Below, piece after piece: positions 12,632 through 23,193 of a stretch of DNA of 60,606 bases. Position 1 is the first letter of the stretch. Every line of letters begins with the position of its first letter. The notes beneath the pieces are model-generated. The model made no database searches. It was given only the letters and a program-made list of their open reading frames with translations, and was not told the DNA's origin. Position numbers and translations under genes: made by a program. This DNA is from Carcharhinus longimanus (lineage: Eukaryota): assembly GCA_030264375.1 (NCBI GenBank), contig JASCQW010000122.1, positions 46,436,774-46,497,379 on the forward strand, read 5' to 3'.

Positions 12632-12808
12632 TTGAAGAGCTCATTCCTCGATATGGCTCTGTTTGTCAAGGGGTCGATGGCATAAACCATGAGATCTGAC
12701 TTAGAATAGTCCTCTTCCTGAAAGCCATCTCCATGTCTGCGTGGACCAATGGATTCCACTACTACCTTGGCACCTGGGATCTGATCTTGTACATAACGTT
12801 CCAGAATT
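12632..12808 (-). CDS. PCDH15: Protocadherin-15 exon (MAD12/SEA-like domain), 177 nt
   Basis: GCTTTTAG|A ATT CTG GAA... to ...CTC TTC AA|GTAAG. Translates [58 protein letters not shown](K). Phase 2 to 2. Confidence 0.97.
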
Positions 12809-12959
12809 CTAAAAGCACAATTTTAATAAAATAGAAGTAGATGACTTTGCATCGCACTTTGCACATTTTTTACAGTCAGGCCTACCTCTCATTGTTGCAG
12901 ACAAGGCAGCTGGAAGTTCAATGTTTCGCAACCAAAGCCTCTTTAGTTATTAAAAGTAC

Positions 12960-13275
12960 TTGGGTGACACAGTAGTTAGAACTGCTGCCTCACAGCGCCA
13001 GGGACCCAGGTTCAATTCCCACCTTGAGTCACCGTTGTGTGGTGTTCATATGTTTTCCTGTGTTCTGCATGGGTTTCCTTCAAGTGCTTCAGTTTCCTTT
13101 CACAGTACAAAGAAGGCTAGGTTGATTGGTCATGGGTAAATTATCCCTTAGTGTCAGGGGGACCAGCAGAGTAAATACACGGGGTTACGGGGTTCAGCTC
13201 GGGTGGGATTGTTGTTGGTACAGGTTTGATAGGCCAAATGGCCTCCTTCTGCAATGTAGGAATTCCCGGGTTCTA
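12960..13275 (+). mobile_element. HE1-type SINE
   Basis: Same head, core and tail as the other copies. Confidence 0.8.
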
Positions 13276-14732
13276 TACATGGAGGCATTTGACATAGGAT
13301 AGGGAGCTGAAGGTCAAACATCAAAGGCCTTAATTTCACGGACGATGCATATTTCAATAAATCCAGATAAACATTGAGGGTACATGCATTGTTGCAGTAG
13401 CTGAATTAGTGCAGCGTTAAGAAAGCTGATCAATGCTGGCACACATGTCTCTCTCTCTCTCACTTTCCATATTCTCTAACAGCTAGGTTTCTACATAAGG
13501 GGTTAAAAATGGCTGGCTGGGTGGAATTTTAAGGCCCCTCCCATCAGCAGGATTTTCCAGTCCTGTTGAAGTCCATGGACCTCTGAACGACTTGCTGCGT
13601 TTTATGGTCTTGCTCCCGCCATGACAAGGCTATGAACAATTCCACTCGCTGTCAATTTGTCGCGACACTGCAAGGATATCTCACTGTCTGGGTCACTGCA
13701 ATTGTGGCAGCAGCATTTTTGACAAAAAAATGCCTCTGAGGCCCACAAGGGCCCTGCAAATCACCTATGGACTGTGGCATTAAGTAGGGTTGACCAGAAC
13801 GTGCTCATTGTGAGATCTAGCATGGAGTCTGAAAGAACTGGAGAAACATCACTATGAGGAAGTAAGAATATTTCTGTATCCCCTGGTTATGACTGTAACA
13901 CTATATTCTGCACCCTCTCCTTTCGTTTCCCACCCTATATACTCTATGAACAGTATGCTTTGTTTGTATAGCACGCAAATAGCAATACTTTTCATTGTTT
14001 CCCAATCCATGTGACAGTAATAAATCAAATCAAATCAAACCTCTTAGTACAGGGGTGAAGGACATATAGTGGTATTGTCTTTTTATAGTTAAAGTTATTG
14101 TACAGATGGTGAAAAAAATTTCCAGATGAGGTTAATGCTTCAAGGAGATACATGGATAATGTATTTAAGTTTGGGATGTCAAAGATAACCAAGACTAAGT
14201 TGGTGAATGCACTTCCAATTTTCTGCTTACTTTAGTGGTGAAGGATGTGGATGGGTCATAAGGATAAAAGTAAGAGTTGCATGTACTTGCAAGAAACACA
14301 GCACTTGATTCCGTTTGGATGCAGCAAGATAATTAGTACAATTTAAAATGACAGGGAATTAATTTTTAATCCATATGCCAAAAAGCAAAAAGGAGTTTAC
14401 TGCTGTAAGGAATCTACACGACATATTATTATACCTAATCTCACGCTGGTCTCATTTTTAAATGCAAAATTTCCAAAGACTAAGAAGCAAAGCAGTCCTT
14501 TAGAAACCTTCAGCTGTTCACAATGTGAATTGTGTAATGAATAGTAAAGGAACCACTGGCAAGTATTGATTTTGGCAAGGTGCGACACAGCAATGGCTAC
14601 ATGCTGGTAATCCACTAAATCATATTAAATATGATTTCATTACATGGTTTGCTCACATGCATAGATTGTGCACAAGTATGAAAGTACCTGAGGTAGTTGA
14701 GTAGAATGTATGTTTAGGGCCTAATGTAGCCT

Positions 14733-15125
14733 CAATGTTGATAGCGTCCCACTGCCGATATCATCCTGCTGTTGATACTGCTCCATTGCTGTCACCATCA
14801 CATTACTGGTACCGCCACAATGCTGACACTGCCCCAATGCTGATACGGCCCCAATGTTGATAATGTCCCTCTGCTGATCCTGCTCTACTATTTGTAACAC
14901 CCCACTGCCGTACTGTCAAAGCAGCTGAGATAGCGAAAGTAGAATATGCACTTGGGACCTAATTCTGCCCCGCTGATAATGCCGCCCGCTGCTCGTACCA
15001 CCCATTTGCTGATACTGCTCCATGTTTTGGCACTGTCCCACACTTCAATATTGCCCCACTGCTGATACTGTCCTGCTGCTGTTAATGCCTCACCGCTGAT
15101 ACTGAGCTCCTACTAACACTGTCAC
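14733..15125. repeat. Degenerate 17-bp minisatellite (about 20 units, consensus close to actgctgatactgcccc)
   Basis: Consecutive units aatgctgacactgcccc, aatgctgatacggcccc, aatgttgataatgtccc, with an interruption near 14915-14960. Confidence 0.75.
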
Positions 15126-16112
15126 ATATATAAATGCTGCCTGAGGAAGAAACTAGAATGAGGGGGAATTTAATGTTAAATAAAACATTGGAAGAGAAAT
15201 AAAGAGGCACAGGAAAATGAGATTTTAGGGGAAATTTTAACAAAAACACAGAGAAAATAAATAACTCCCTGTGGCAAGTTTAACAGGAAATTAAAGGTCC
15301 AAAATAACAAGCTCTGAAAGAAAATGGGGAAGTGAAGGGTGCGATACTGTTTATAGAAAGTTAACAGTGAGGGGAGATGGGGATTACAACTCAAGAAGCC
15401 AACGCTTGGATATTTACATTTAAAAGGTTATCAGTGATTAAAATGTGAAACATATTTGCATTCTTACCTGCACCTTGAATTTAACGTGAAACACTTTGTC
15501 ACTGACAAATTACCAGCCTTTGAGAACTATAAAGCATCCAAAAGTGTTTTTCTTTTAATATTTAAATTTGGTTTGTTCCACATGGCATTTGTTGTCAGAA
15601 TTTTATCAGTTACAAAGGTTATTGTGGAATTGGTGTGGCATTTTATGAGGTGATTCACAGACTTGAAGTGATGTTGTGGATCTTTACAACACATTTAACA
15701 AGCTTTATTCATATTGCATCTTTAATGTAATGGAATGTCCGAAGGCATTCATTGCTCTAAAATGCGCTTAATCTATTTATGTTCAATGCTTGTACTATTC
15801 TTTGTGAAACATCAGCTGAAGGAATCAGATTCATTCCACCTTTAAAACGACAGACAAAATAATTTCATAAAACAATGTAAAATCTTCCTAAGGTAACAAT
15901 GGCCTGCGAAGGTTTTAGGTTTATGTTCTTTAAAGCAATTTATCTGATTGAAGTTCCTGATCATCTTTTGCATTTCATATGCTATATTCACTGGACTTTT
16001 CGTATATCTCAAAAACAATTAAAATATCAGGACTGATTTAAAATAAACTCTTGCTTCTTTCTATTCATACAAATAAATGTTTAGACTCTAAGGTATGAAA
16101 ACTACACAATAC

Positions 16113-16201
16113 CCGATCAGCTGATCCTTGTTCTCTTCCACCAGAGTAGGAGGAACATTTGAAACAATTACTTGCATATCCAGTTCATTGACCACAGATA
16201 C
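16113..16201 (-). CDS. PCDH15: Protocadherin-15 exon (end of EC11, start of MAD12), 89 nt
   Basis: TTTCTCTAG|GTA TCT GTG... to ...CTG ATC GG|GTATTG. Translates VSVVNELDMQVIVSNVPPTLVEENKDQLI(G). Phase 0 to 2. Confidence 0.96.
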
Positions 16202-17270
16202 CTAGAGAAAGGACAAATACAATTCTGTTCGTTTTAACATGACAAGCTTTTACTGCAGATGCCTTAGCCACACAGTTAATACTTTTTAAATGATTTATTC
16301 AGCTGTATTTTAAAAGCTGCATGAGCCTCACTGTTTATAATGTACAACATCAGGTGCAAAAGGATAAAATCATGTTCTCAGAGTTTCTGATTTCCTTATA
16401 GAAACCTCAGGTATACACACATATATAAAATAACATTTAATAATGTATCCCGATGTGTTCAAACAAGTTGAGCATTCGAGGCTTGCATGCTTTTGCTCAG
16501 AGGGTGGTGGGTGCGTGGAATCGGCTGCCGGCGGTGGTGGTGGAGGCAGATTCGATAGGGTCTTTTAAGAGATTTTTGGATAAGTACATGGAACTTAGTA
16601 AGATGGAGGGTTATAGGTATGCTTAGTAGGTAGGGACATGTTCGGCGCGACTTGTGGGCTGAAGGGCCTGTTTGTGCTGTGGTTTTTCTATTTTTCTAAA
16701 AATTGACTAGGGCACACTCCCAGAAGGATGTTGATGCATTGGAAAGAATGCAGAAGAGATTCACCAGGATGCTGCCTTGTTTGTAGGATATGACCTACGA
16801 AGAAAGGTTGAACAAACAGAGATTGTTTTCATTGGAACTTTGGAGGATGAGGGTGGACCTGATAAAGGTTTACAAAATTATGACAGGCTTGGATAGAGTG
16901 GATATTTAGAGTCCTTTCACCAGCGTCAAATTACTTGGGGGCATAGGTGGAGAGTGAGAAGGGGAATGTTTAAAAGAGATGCCAGGGGCACACAGAGGGT
17001 GGTGAATGGCTGCAATGCGCTGCTGGAGGAGGTGGTAGAAGCAGATTCGATAACAACGTTCAAGAGATATCCGGATAGATACATGAATAGGCAGGGAATG
17101 GAGGAATATGGACCGTGCAGAGGCAAGAAAATATTAGATTGGGGAGGCATCTGTGTCGGCACTGACTTGGTGGGCCGAAGGGCCTGTTCCTGTGCTGTTC
17201 TTTCTTCTCTTTGTTCAGGGGACACAGATTTAAGGTAAATGGCTAAAGAAGCCATGACAACCTGAGGAGA

Positions 17271-17504
17271 ACACAGTAAGAAGTCTGACAACGCCAGGTT
17301 TAAGCCCAACCGATTTATTTGATAGTAAACTCACAAGCTTTCGGAGTTTGCCCCTTCGTCAGGTGAGTGGAGAGTTCTGGCCTCAGACAGAGCATATAAC
17401 AGCACAGACAGTTTACAGGTTACTCGTTAGAATGCGAGTCTTGGTGTTGTCAGACTTCTTACTGTCTTTACCCCAGTCCAACGCCGGCATCTCCAACATC
17501 ACGT
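17271..17504. mobile_element. Penelope-derived inverted-repeat insertion (copy A)
   Basis: cagtaagaagtctgacaac...gttgtcagacttcttactg inverted arms. TSD caacctgaggaga at 17258-17270 and 17505-17517. Confidence 0.8.
17329..17368 (-). ncRNA. Minimal type I hammerhead ribozyme motif
   Basis: ACUCAC-CUGACGA-A-GGGG-CAAA-CUCC-GAAAGCUU-GUGAGU: 6-bp stem I, intact core, stem II, and palindromic AAGCUU for a dimeric stem III. Confidence 0.75.
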
Positions 17505-18384
17505 CAACCTGAGGAGAGACATTTTTCACACAGCGAGTGCTTGGGGTCTGGATGTGCTGCCTGAGAGTGTGGTGGAGGCAAGGTTCAATGTTGACAATAA
17601 AGAAGGAATTGGATCAATATGTGAATAGGAAGAACGTGTAGATATATGTGGGGGATGGTACTGGAGGTGCATTGCTATTTGGAGAGCTGGCACAGATGGG
17701 CCAACTGGCCTCGTTCTGTGCTGTAATAAAACCACGATTCTGTAATGGGGGCATCACAGACATGGTCAGAAGTTATTTCCCATTCCTAATTGTACTTAAG
17801 GAGGTTGCCTTCTTAAATTGCAGTGGTCCAGATTGTACATATATACCACGGGCACATACTCAGTGCTGTGAGGGAAGCAGTTCCCAGATTTTGACTGAAC
17901 AACAGTGAAGGAACAGTGATATATTTCTGAGACAGGATGGCGTGTGACTAGGAAATTGCTGGTGGTGATGTTTCCATGTATTCGTTGGTGTTAAAGGTTG
18001 CGAGTTTAGAAGGTGCTGCCGTATGAACCTTGGTGAGTTGCTGTCGCGCATCTCGTGGATGGTATAATTATCCTTGTGGGAGGGTGCAATGCATATTTAC
18101 CAGAATGATACCGTGGTAAAAAATTTTAATTGTGAGGGCAGGCTTAATAAATTTGGCATGAATGCCCCCGAGGTCACCATGGTCTAATCACAGTGCCGAG
18201 CAGGGTGAATGGAGAAGGGGCAGGGGGCGTGGGGTGGGGAATAGGAGGGGACAACTTTGTCAGTATTTAAGACTGAATCAAGCCTGATGCTCAATGCACA
18301 AGGCCTGCGTGGAATATGTAAAGAAGTTAAGGCTAGTTAGCAGGCAAGGCACAGTAAATCTCTTCACATAAAGGGTCATAGAGT

Positions 18385-18605
18385 TGTAAAGACCCATCTG
18401 GTTCACTAATGTCCTTTAGTGAAGGAAATCTGCCTTCCTCACCTGGTCTGGCCTACATGTGACTCAAGAGCCACAGCAATGTGGTTGACTCTTAAAATGC
18501 TCTCTAAAAATGGCCTAGCAAGCCATTCAGTTCATGGGTGACTAGGGATGGGCAATAAATGCTGGCCCAGTCAGCGACGCCCATGTCCCACGAGTGAATT
18601 AAAAA
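18385..18605 (+). mobile_element. SacSINE1-like SINE, 3' half
   Basis: cccatctggttcactaatgtcctttag...gggcaataaatgctggcc, same family as 41358-41740 and 58100-58478. Confidence 0.7.
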
Positions 18606-18697
18606 AAATAAGGCGACAGAAATGTAGAAGGAAGCTGACAGCAGAGTTCACTTAAAGAGAGACTGAACACTTCCCCAGCGAGAACGGATGGATTTGT

Positions 18698-18906
18698 ATA
18701 GAGTATAGAACATAGAACACTACAGCACAAACAGGCCTTTGGGACCACAAGTTGCCGAATCATATCCCTACCTACCAGGCCTATCTATAACCCTCAATCC
18801 CATTAAATCCCTTGTACTCATCCAGAAGTCTCTTGAAAGACCCCAACGAGTTCACCTCCACCACCACCAATGGCAGCCAATTCCACTCACCCACCACCCT
18901 CCGAGT
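18698..18906 (-). mobile_element. CR1/HER1-like 3' terminal fragment
   Basis: Reverse complement resembles the plus-strand copy at about 16495-16695; gttctat tail repeats. Confidence 0.8.
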
Positions 18907-19205
18907 CTGCCCACTGTATTATCACTAGCCCTCCCTTCCAACTCCAACCCACAAACCACATCCCCCCCCCATCCCAAACGCCTATTACTGCCCATAAATA
19001 CCACCCCCCTTCCACCCACCCACCCAGCCCCATGCACTGGCAAACCTCGTCACCGCGTTCAAAAATCCTCTTGGTTGATGGTTGAGTGCGGGCGACCGAC
19101 ACGGGCACCTCTTTCGCACCCCCTCCTCCTCGGCAACGGCATCGCCCACCTCCCCCCCCCACCCCCCCCCCCCCCACCCCCCACCCCTGCGATCGGGGTC
19201 TTTAC

Positions 19206-19325
19206 CTGCCGGCACAGTGAGGCACTGAGCCCGTTGTAGAGCGCTAGAATTCCGTCCGTCCGGACGACGCGTACAGCCATCCCTATCATCCTCAACTTCA
19301 CCTCCTGTTGGGTCTGTAGGTGGAC
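19206..19325 (-). pseudogene. SLC25A10: Isolated intact exon of the mitochondrial dicarboxylate carrier (equivalent to the second coding exon), inside a PCDH15 intron
   Basis: TTTCTGCTCTCTCCCTGTGCCAG|GTC CAC CTA... to ...CGG CAG|GTAAAG. 40 codons with no stops: VHLQTQQEVKLRMIGMAVRVVRTDGILALYNGLSASLCRQ, nearly identical to the SLC25A10 segment as I recall it. No other SLC25A10 exons seen. Confidence 0.9.
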
Positions 19326-19743
19326 CTGGCACAGGGAGAGAGCAGAAACAATCATCACTCACCCACCCAAGGGAAAGGGCAGTGAACTAACTGACCCTCT
19401 GTCACTAGGGGCAGGGGAGTTTACAAGATGGCAGCTCACCACCGCCTCCTCATGGGCAACTAGGGACGGGCAATAAATGCTGGTCAGCCAGCGACACCCG
19501 CGTCCCACGAATGAATGAAAGAAAAATGAAACATGTAGAGGGTTATGGGGAAAGAGCGGGGAGGGTGGGACTAACTGGAGATCTTTCAATGAGTCTATAA
19601 CAGGCACAATGGGCCTCCTTCTAGCTCAGTTGGATTCTGTGCANNNNNNNNNNNNNNNNNNNNNNNNNNNNNNNNNNNNNNNNNNNNNNNNNNNNNNNNN
19701 NNNNNNNNNNNNNNNNNNNNNNNNNNNNNNNNNNNNNNNNNNN

Positions 19744-19872
19744 CCTACGCCTGTCTGCACTCGGTTCAGGCAGTAGCCCAGAGATGACCACCTTGTCGGT
19801 TCTACTTTTTAATTCCATTCTCAGCTTCTCATATTCCCTCCCCAGATCCTCAGTCCGCACTTTTCCTACGTC
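19744..19872 (-). mobile_element. CR1 ORF1 esterase-domain fragment
   Basis: DVGKVRTEDLGREYEKLRMELKSRTDKVVISGLLPEP. Confidence 0.7.
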
Positions 19873-19884
19873 GCCGGAACCCAC

Positions 19885-20435
19885 ATCTCCTGAATCCCCA
19901 AAGCCTGTCCACCATCCACAAGGCACAGGTCAGAAGCATGTTGGAAAACTCTCCACTTGCCTGGATGAGTGCAGTGCCAACAACATTCAAGAAGCTTGAC
20001 ACCATCCAGTATAAAGCAGCCCGCTTGATTGGCACCCCATCCACAAACATTCACTCTCTCCACCACCGAACAGAAGTGTGTACCATCGACAAGATGCCCT
20101 GCAAAAACTCAGCAAGGCTCCTTAGACAGCACATTCCAAATCCATGACCAGTACCATCTGGAAGGACAGGGACAGCAGATTGGTGGGAATACCATCAACT
20201 GGAAATTCTCTTCCAAGTCACTCACCATCCTAACTTGAAAATCCATCACTGTTTCTTCATTGCCACTGGGTCAAAATCCTGGACCTCCCTCCTGAACAGC
20301 ACTATGAGTATAGTTACATCCTAAGGACTGTAGCGGTTCAAGAAGCAACTCATTACTTCCTTCTCAAAGGCAATTAGGGACGGGCAATAAATGTGGATCT
20401 AGCCAGTGATGCCCACACCCCAAAAATTAATTTTA
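19885..20435 (+). mobile_element. LINE 3' fragment (second shark CR1/L2-group family; shares its tail with the SacSINE1-like SINE)
   Basis: MEYSPLAWMSA.PTTLKKLDTIQDKAARLIG-like motif and gggcaataaatg tail. Related pieces at about 8700-8970, 17780-18065(-), 21400-21600, 29130-29905(-) and 57235-57885. Confidence 0.75.
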
Positions 20436-21609
20436 AAAAGTCCACAGTCCCTCTCCACAGGGACACACTTCAATAATGTGTCTGAAAACCTGAGGTGCAG
20501 ATTGGCAAACTCAAAGCTTAGGGATGCCAAAGTGTGCAAATGGATTCTGTGGACTTAAGCAACATGAACAATAGAATTTACCGGTACAAAACACTTCAGG
20601 GTAAGCTTCCTACTGCGTCCCTATTTAGGGTCACCTTGCCTGCTATCAATTGAATTGTGTAGCTCTCTAAAAAGAATGTCAGTCCCACTTACAAGTCCTG
20701 ACTCTCAGCAACAGAGGTAAACAGTGCATCCACCAAAGGATCAGGCGTCATTTGTTGCTTTATTTTCTGGGAACAGAAATGTATACTTTTTTCCAAAAGT
20801 AGACTCATGTGAACTTACAGGGTTTGAAGGCAAGTAAAACAACTTAAGTTTCACTGATTGTAAATATATCCAACAGAAAGCTATGGCAAACAGTTGCTAA
20901 GTTCAAGTTTTAACCGATGAGTGGCTCATTCATCCATCTCTGAGATTGCATTGTGACTCGCCTTGCCGATGGCTCCTGTGCAACCGTATTCTTATGACTG
21001 TCATGACGAATTGTTGCTTCTTGCCCAATCCATACTGAAACATTGCATGGGCCATTTTGATGCAACTTTTTCACTATTTTGACAGAAAAACATTACAAGC
21101 ACCCTCACTTCCTCCACACTTACAAACATCTGAAACATTGCATTCGTAAGCCAAGTGTTTGGCCAGTCAGGGTCTTGGTTTGTATATGATGTTACATTGG
21201 ATATGTGTTGGGTATTGGACTGTGCAAGGTTGCAATTCAGTTTATATTTACAAGAAAAGAAAATGCCTGAATGAGTTCACCTGGCAATCAATTGTTTTAA
21301 ATAAAACACAGTGAAAGAGATCAGCAAATTTATCAGAGAGAGCCAGGACTTAATTGCGCCTAATTTGTCTCCTGAATACACTCAAAACATTAAAGTCACT
21401 CACCATACTGACTTGGAAAAAAAAATCACTGTTCCTTTGTTTTGCTGCGTCAACATCATGGCATTCCCTCCTGAACTGAATTATGGGTCAACCCACAGCA
21501 CATGGACTCCAGCGCTTCAGGAAGGCAGCTCACCAGCACCTTCTCAAGGGCAACTAGGGATGGGCAATGAATGCTGGCCTAGCCTATGTCACACAAATGA
21601 ATACAGAAT

Positions 21610-21897
21610 GGCATGGTGGCACAGTGGTTGGCACTGCTGCCTCAGCGCCAGGGACCCAGGCTCGATTCCTAGTTGGGTCACTGTCTGTGCAGAGTCTGCA
21701 CATTCTCCCCGTGTCCACGTGGATTTCCTCCGGGTGCTCCGGTTTCCTCCCACAGTCTGAAAGACATGCTGCTTAGATGCATTGGCTATGCTAAATTCAC
21801 CCTCAGTGTACCTGAACAGGTGCTGAAGTGTGGCGACAATGGTAACTTCATTGCAGTGTTAATGTAAACCTACTTGTGATACTAATAAATAAACTTT
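21610..21897 (+). mobile_element. HE1-type SINE with alternative tail
   Basis: HE1 head plus aacttcattgcagtgttaatgtaa...aataaataaacttt tail. Same subtype at 42150-42432(-) and about 47357-47430. Confidence 0.8.
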
Positions 21898-22977
21898 AGA
21901 ACATTAACAGAAAGCCTGCACTTTCGAAAGGGTGCACAAAGGACATTCTATGTAATACTGATTCACTGAAAAGATCCACCCAAGTTTGAAGGAATAGAAC
22001 TTTGTTTTACTGCAATTGTTTATTATGATCTACATTGAATATCAAATGAATGGAATGGTTAAAATGGCATTCTGTTTTATCTAGACAAAGGCCAAAAAAG
22101 TTGTAAGTGCTGAATTGAAATCTTAAACACAATTGAAGAATGTCCTCTCTCAGCATTCTTGCTGGGCACAGAACTGATTACCTGGCATGATTTCAGAGCC
22201 CCAACAAGACTATAAATCAGGACTGAAAGCCTCCAATGCTTTTCAGATAAGCTCCCTGCCATGTTCGGGTTGTGTGTGTGGGGGGTGGGGGGAGGTGGGG
22301 TGGGGGTGAGGTGGTGGTGGTGTAATGCAGGACAGGGCTGGTGGAGGAAATAAATGACAACACAAAATAATTTAATCTTACATTTGCTTCACTCATGAAT
22401 CCATTACTTTATCAATCTAATCCGCTCCTAAATTGGTGCCTGAAAGAGATCCTCAGCAAGTATTATGTTCACAGTACATTGCTTTGTATTGTTACAGATG
22501 CGACTATTGCTAAAGTAGGAGTGGCAGTGTTGATTTCTATCTTAAAGATTTATTTTGAAGCAGTTTCAACAGTCGTTCGCTGATTTGAAGAGCACTAAAG
22601 GAGTGTCCCATTAAAATCTACTTTTAAAAGTATTCTATTAAAGTAACAGAAAACAGGTGACCACCACTGCCCCCTCACACCTCCCCCACATCCCCCCCCC
22701 CCAACTCCAGCACTACCCCCACTGAAATGGTGAGCACACACAATTGAACTGGCTACTCATTTAACTTGGGATACACTAAACCAATGTGGAAACTTCATCC
22801 TGATTTACTAATTTCTGGATAGATGCATTGCTGTAATGAATTCCATGATACAATATACAGTGAGTCTCATGATGAAAACATGGCATTCATTTTTGATTTA
22901 AAGAAGCACCTTGAATGGAAGATGCCCCATTTAAAAGTAAAGCAAAACAACTCAACAAACGCAGATCCTGTACTTAC

Positions 22978-23193
22978 AACAACTTGAGCACTGCTGCTCA
23001 ATTCTGTCCCATAGTTGTCTGTTGCAATGACTTCGAATTTATAGTATGATCGTCTCATGTTTCTGAACGTAATAGATGTCTTGATAGCGCCAGTGTACTC
23101 TTCTATTACAAAACCTTCCTTTCCATCCTTTGTGGGTGGTATGATTAATCGGAACTGAGAGATGCTGTAGTTGCCACTGTCCTCGTCTTCAAC
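22978..23193 (-). CDS. PCDH15: Protocadherin-15 exon (EC11), 216 nt
   Basis: GGCAG|GTT GAA GAC... to ...GTT GTT|GTAAG. Translates VEDEDSGNYSISQFRLIIPPTKDGKEGFVIEEYTGAIKTSITFRNMRRSYYKFEVIATDNYGTELSSSAQVV. Phase 0 to 0. Confidence 0.97.

Larger units (their letters stand above)
16490..17745 (+). mobile_element. Cluster of CR1/HER1-like 3' fragments
   Basis: Repeated ERMQKRFTRMLP, QRVV..WN.L...VVEA and gaagggcctgtt tail motifs. Confidence 0.8.

Noticed and set aside
14733-15125. CRISPR-like array
   Set aside because: The units are contiguous and degenerate with no unique spacers, and the context is eukaryotic.
18739-19239. 166-aa proline-rich plus-strand ORF
   Set aside because: Produced by poly-C runs, a CR1 tail and the antisense of the SLC25A10 exon. 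It is on the wrong strand to be the proline-rich PCDH15 exon.
16202-22977. A complete nested SLC25A10 gene
   Set aside because: I could not find the neighbouring exons (ending THPLDLLK or starting MTYSLTRF). An exon hidden in the gap cannot be excluded.
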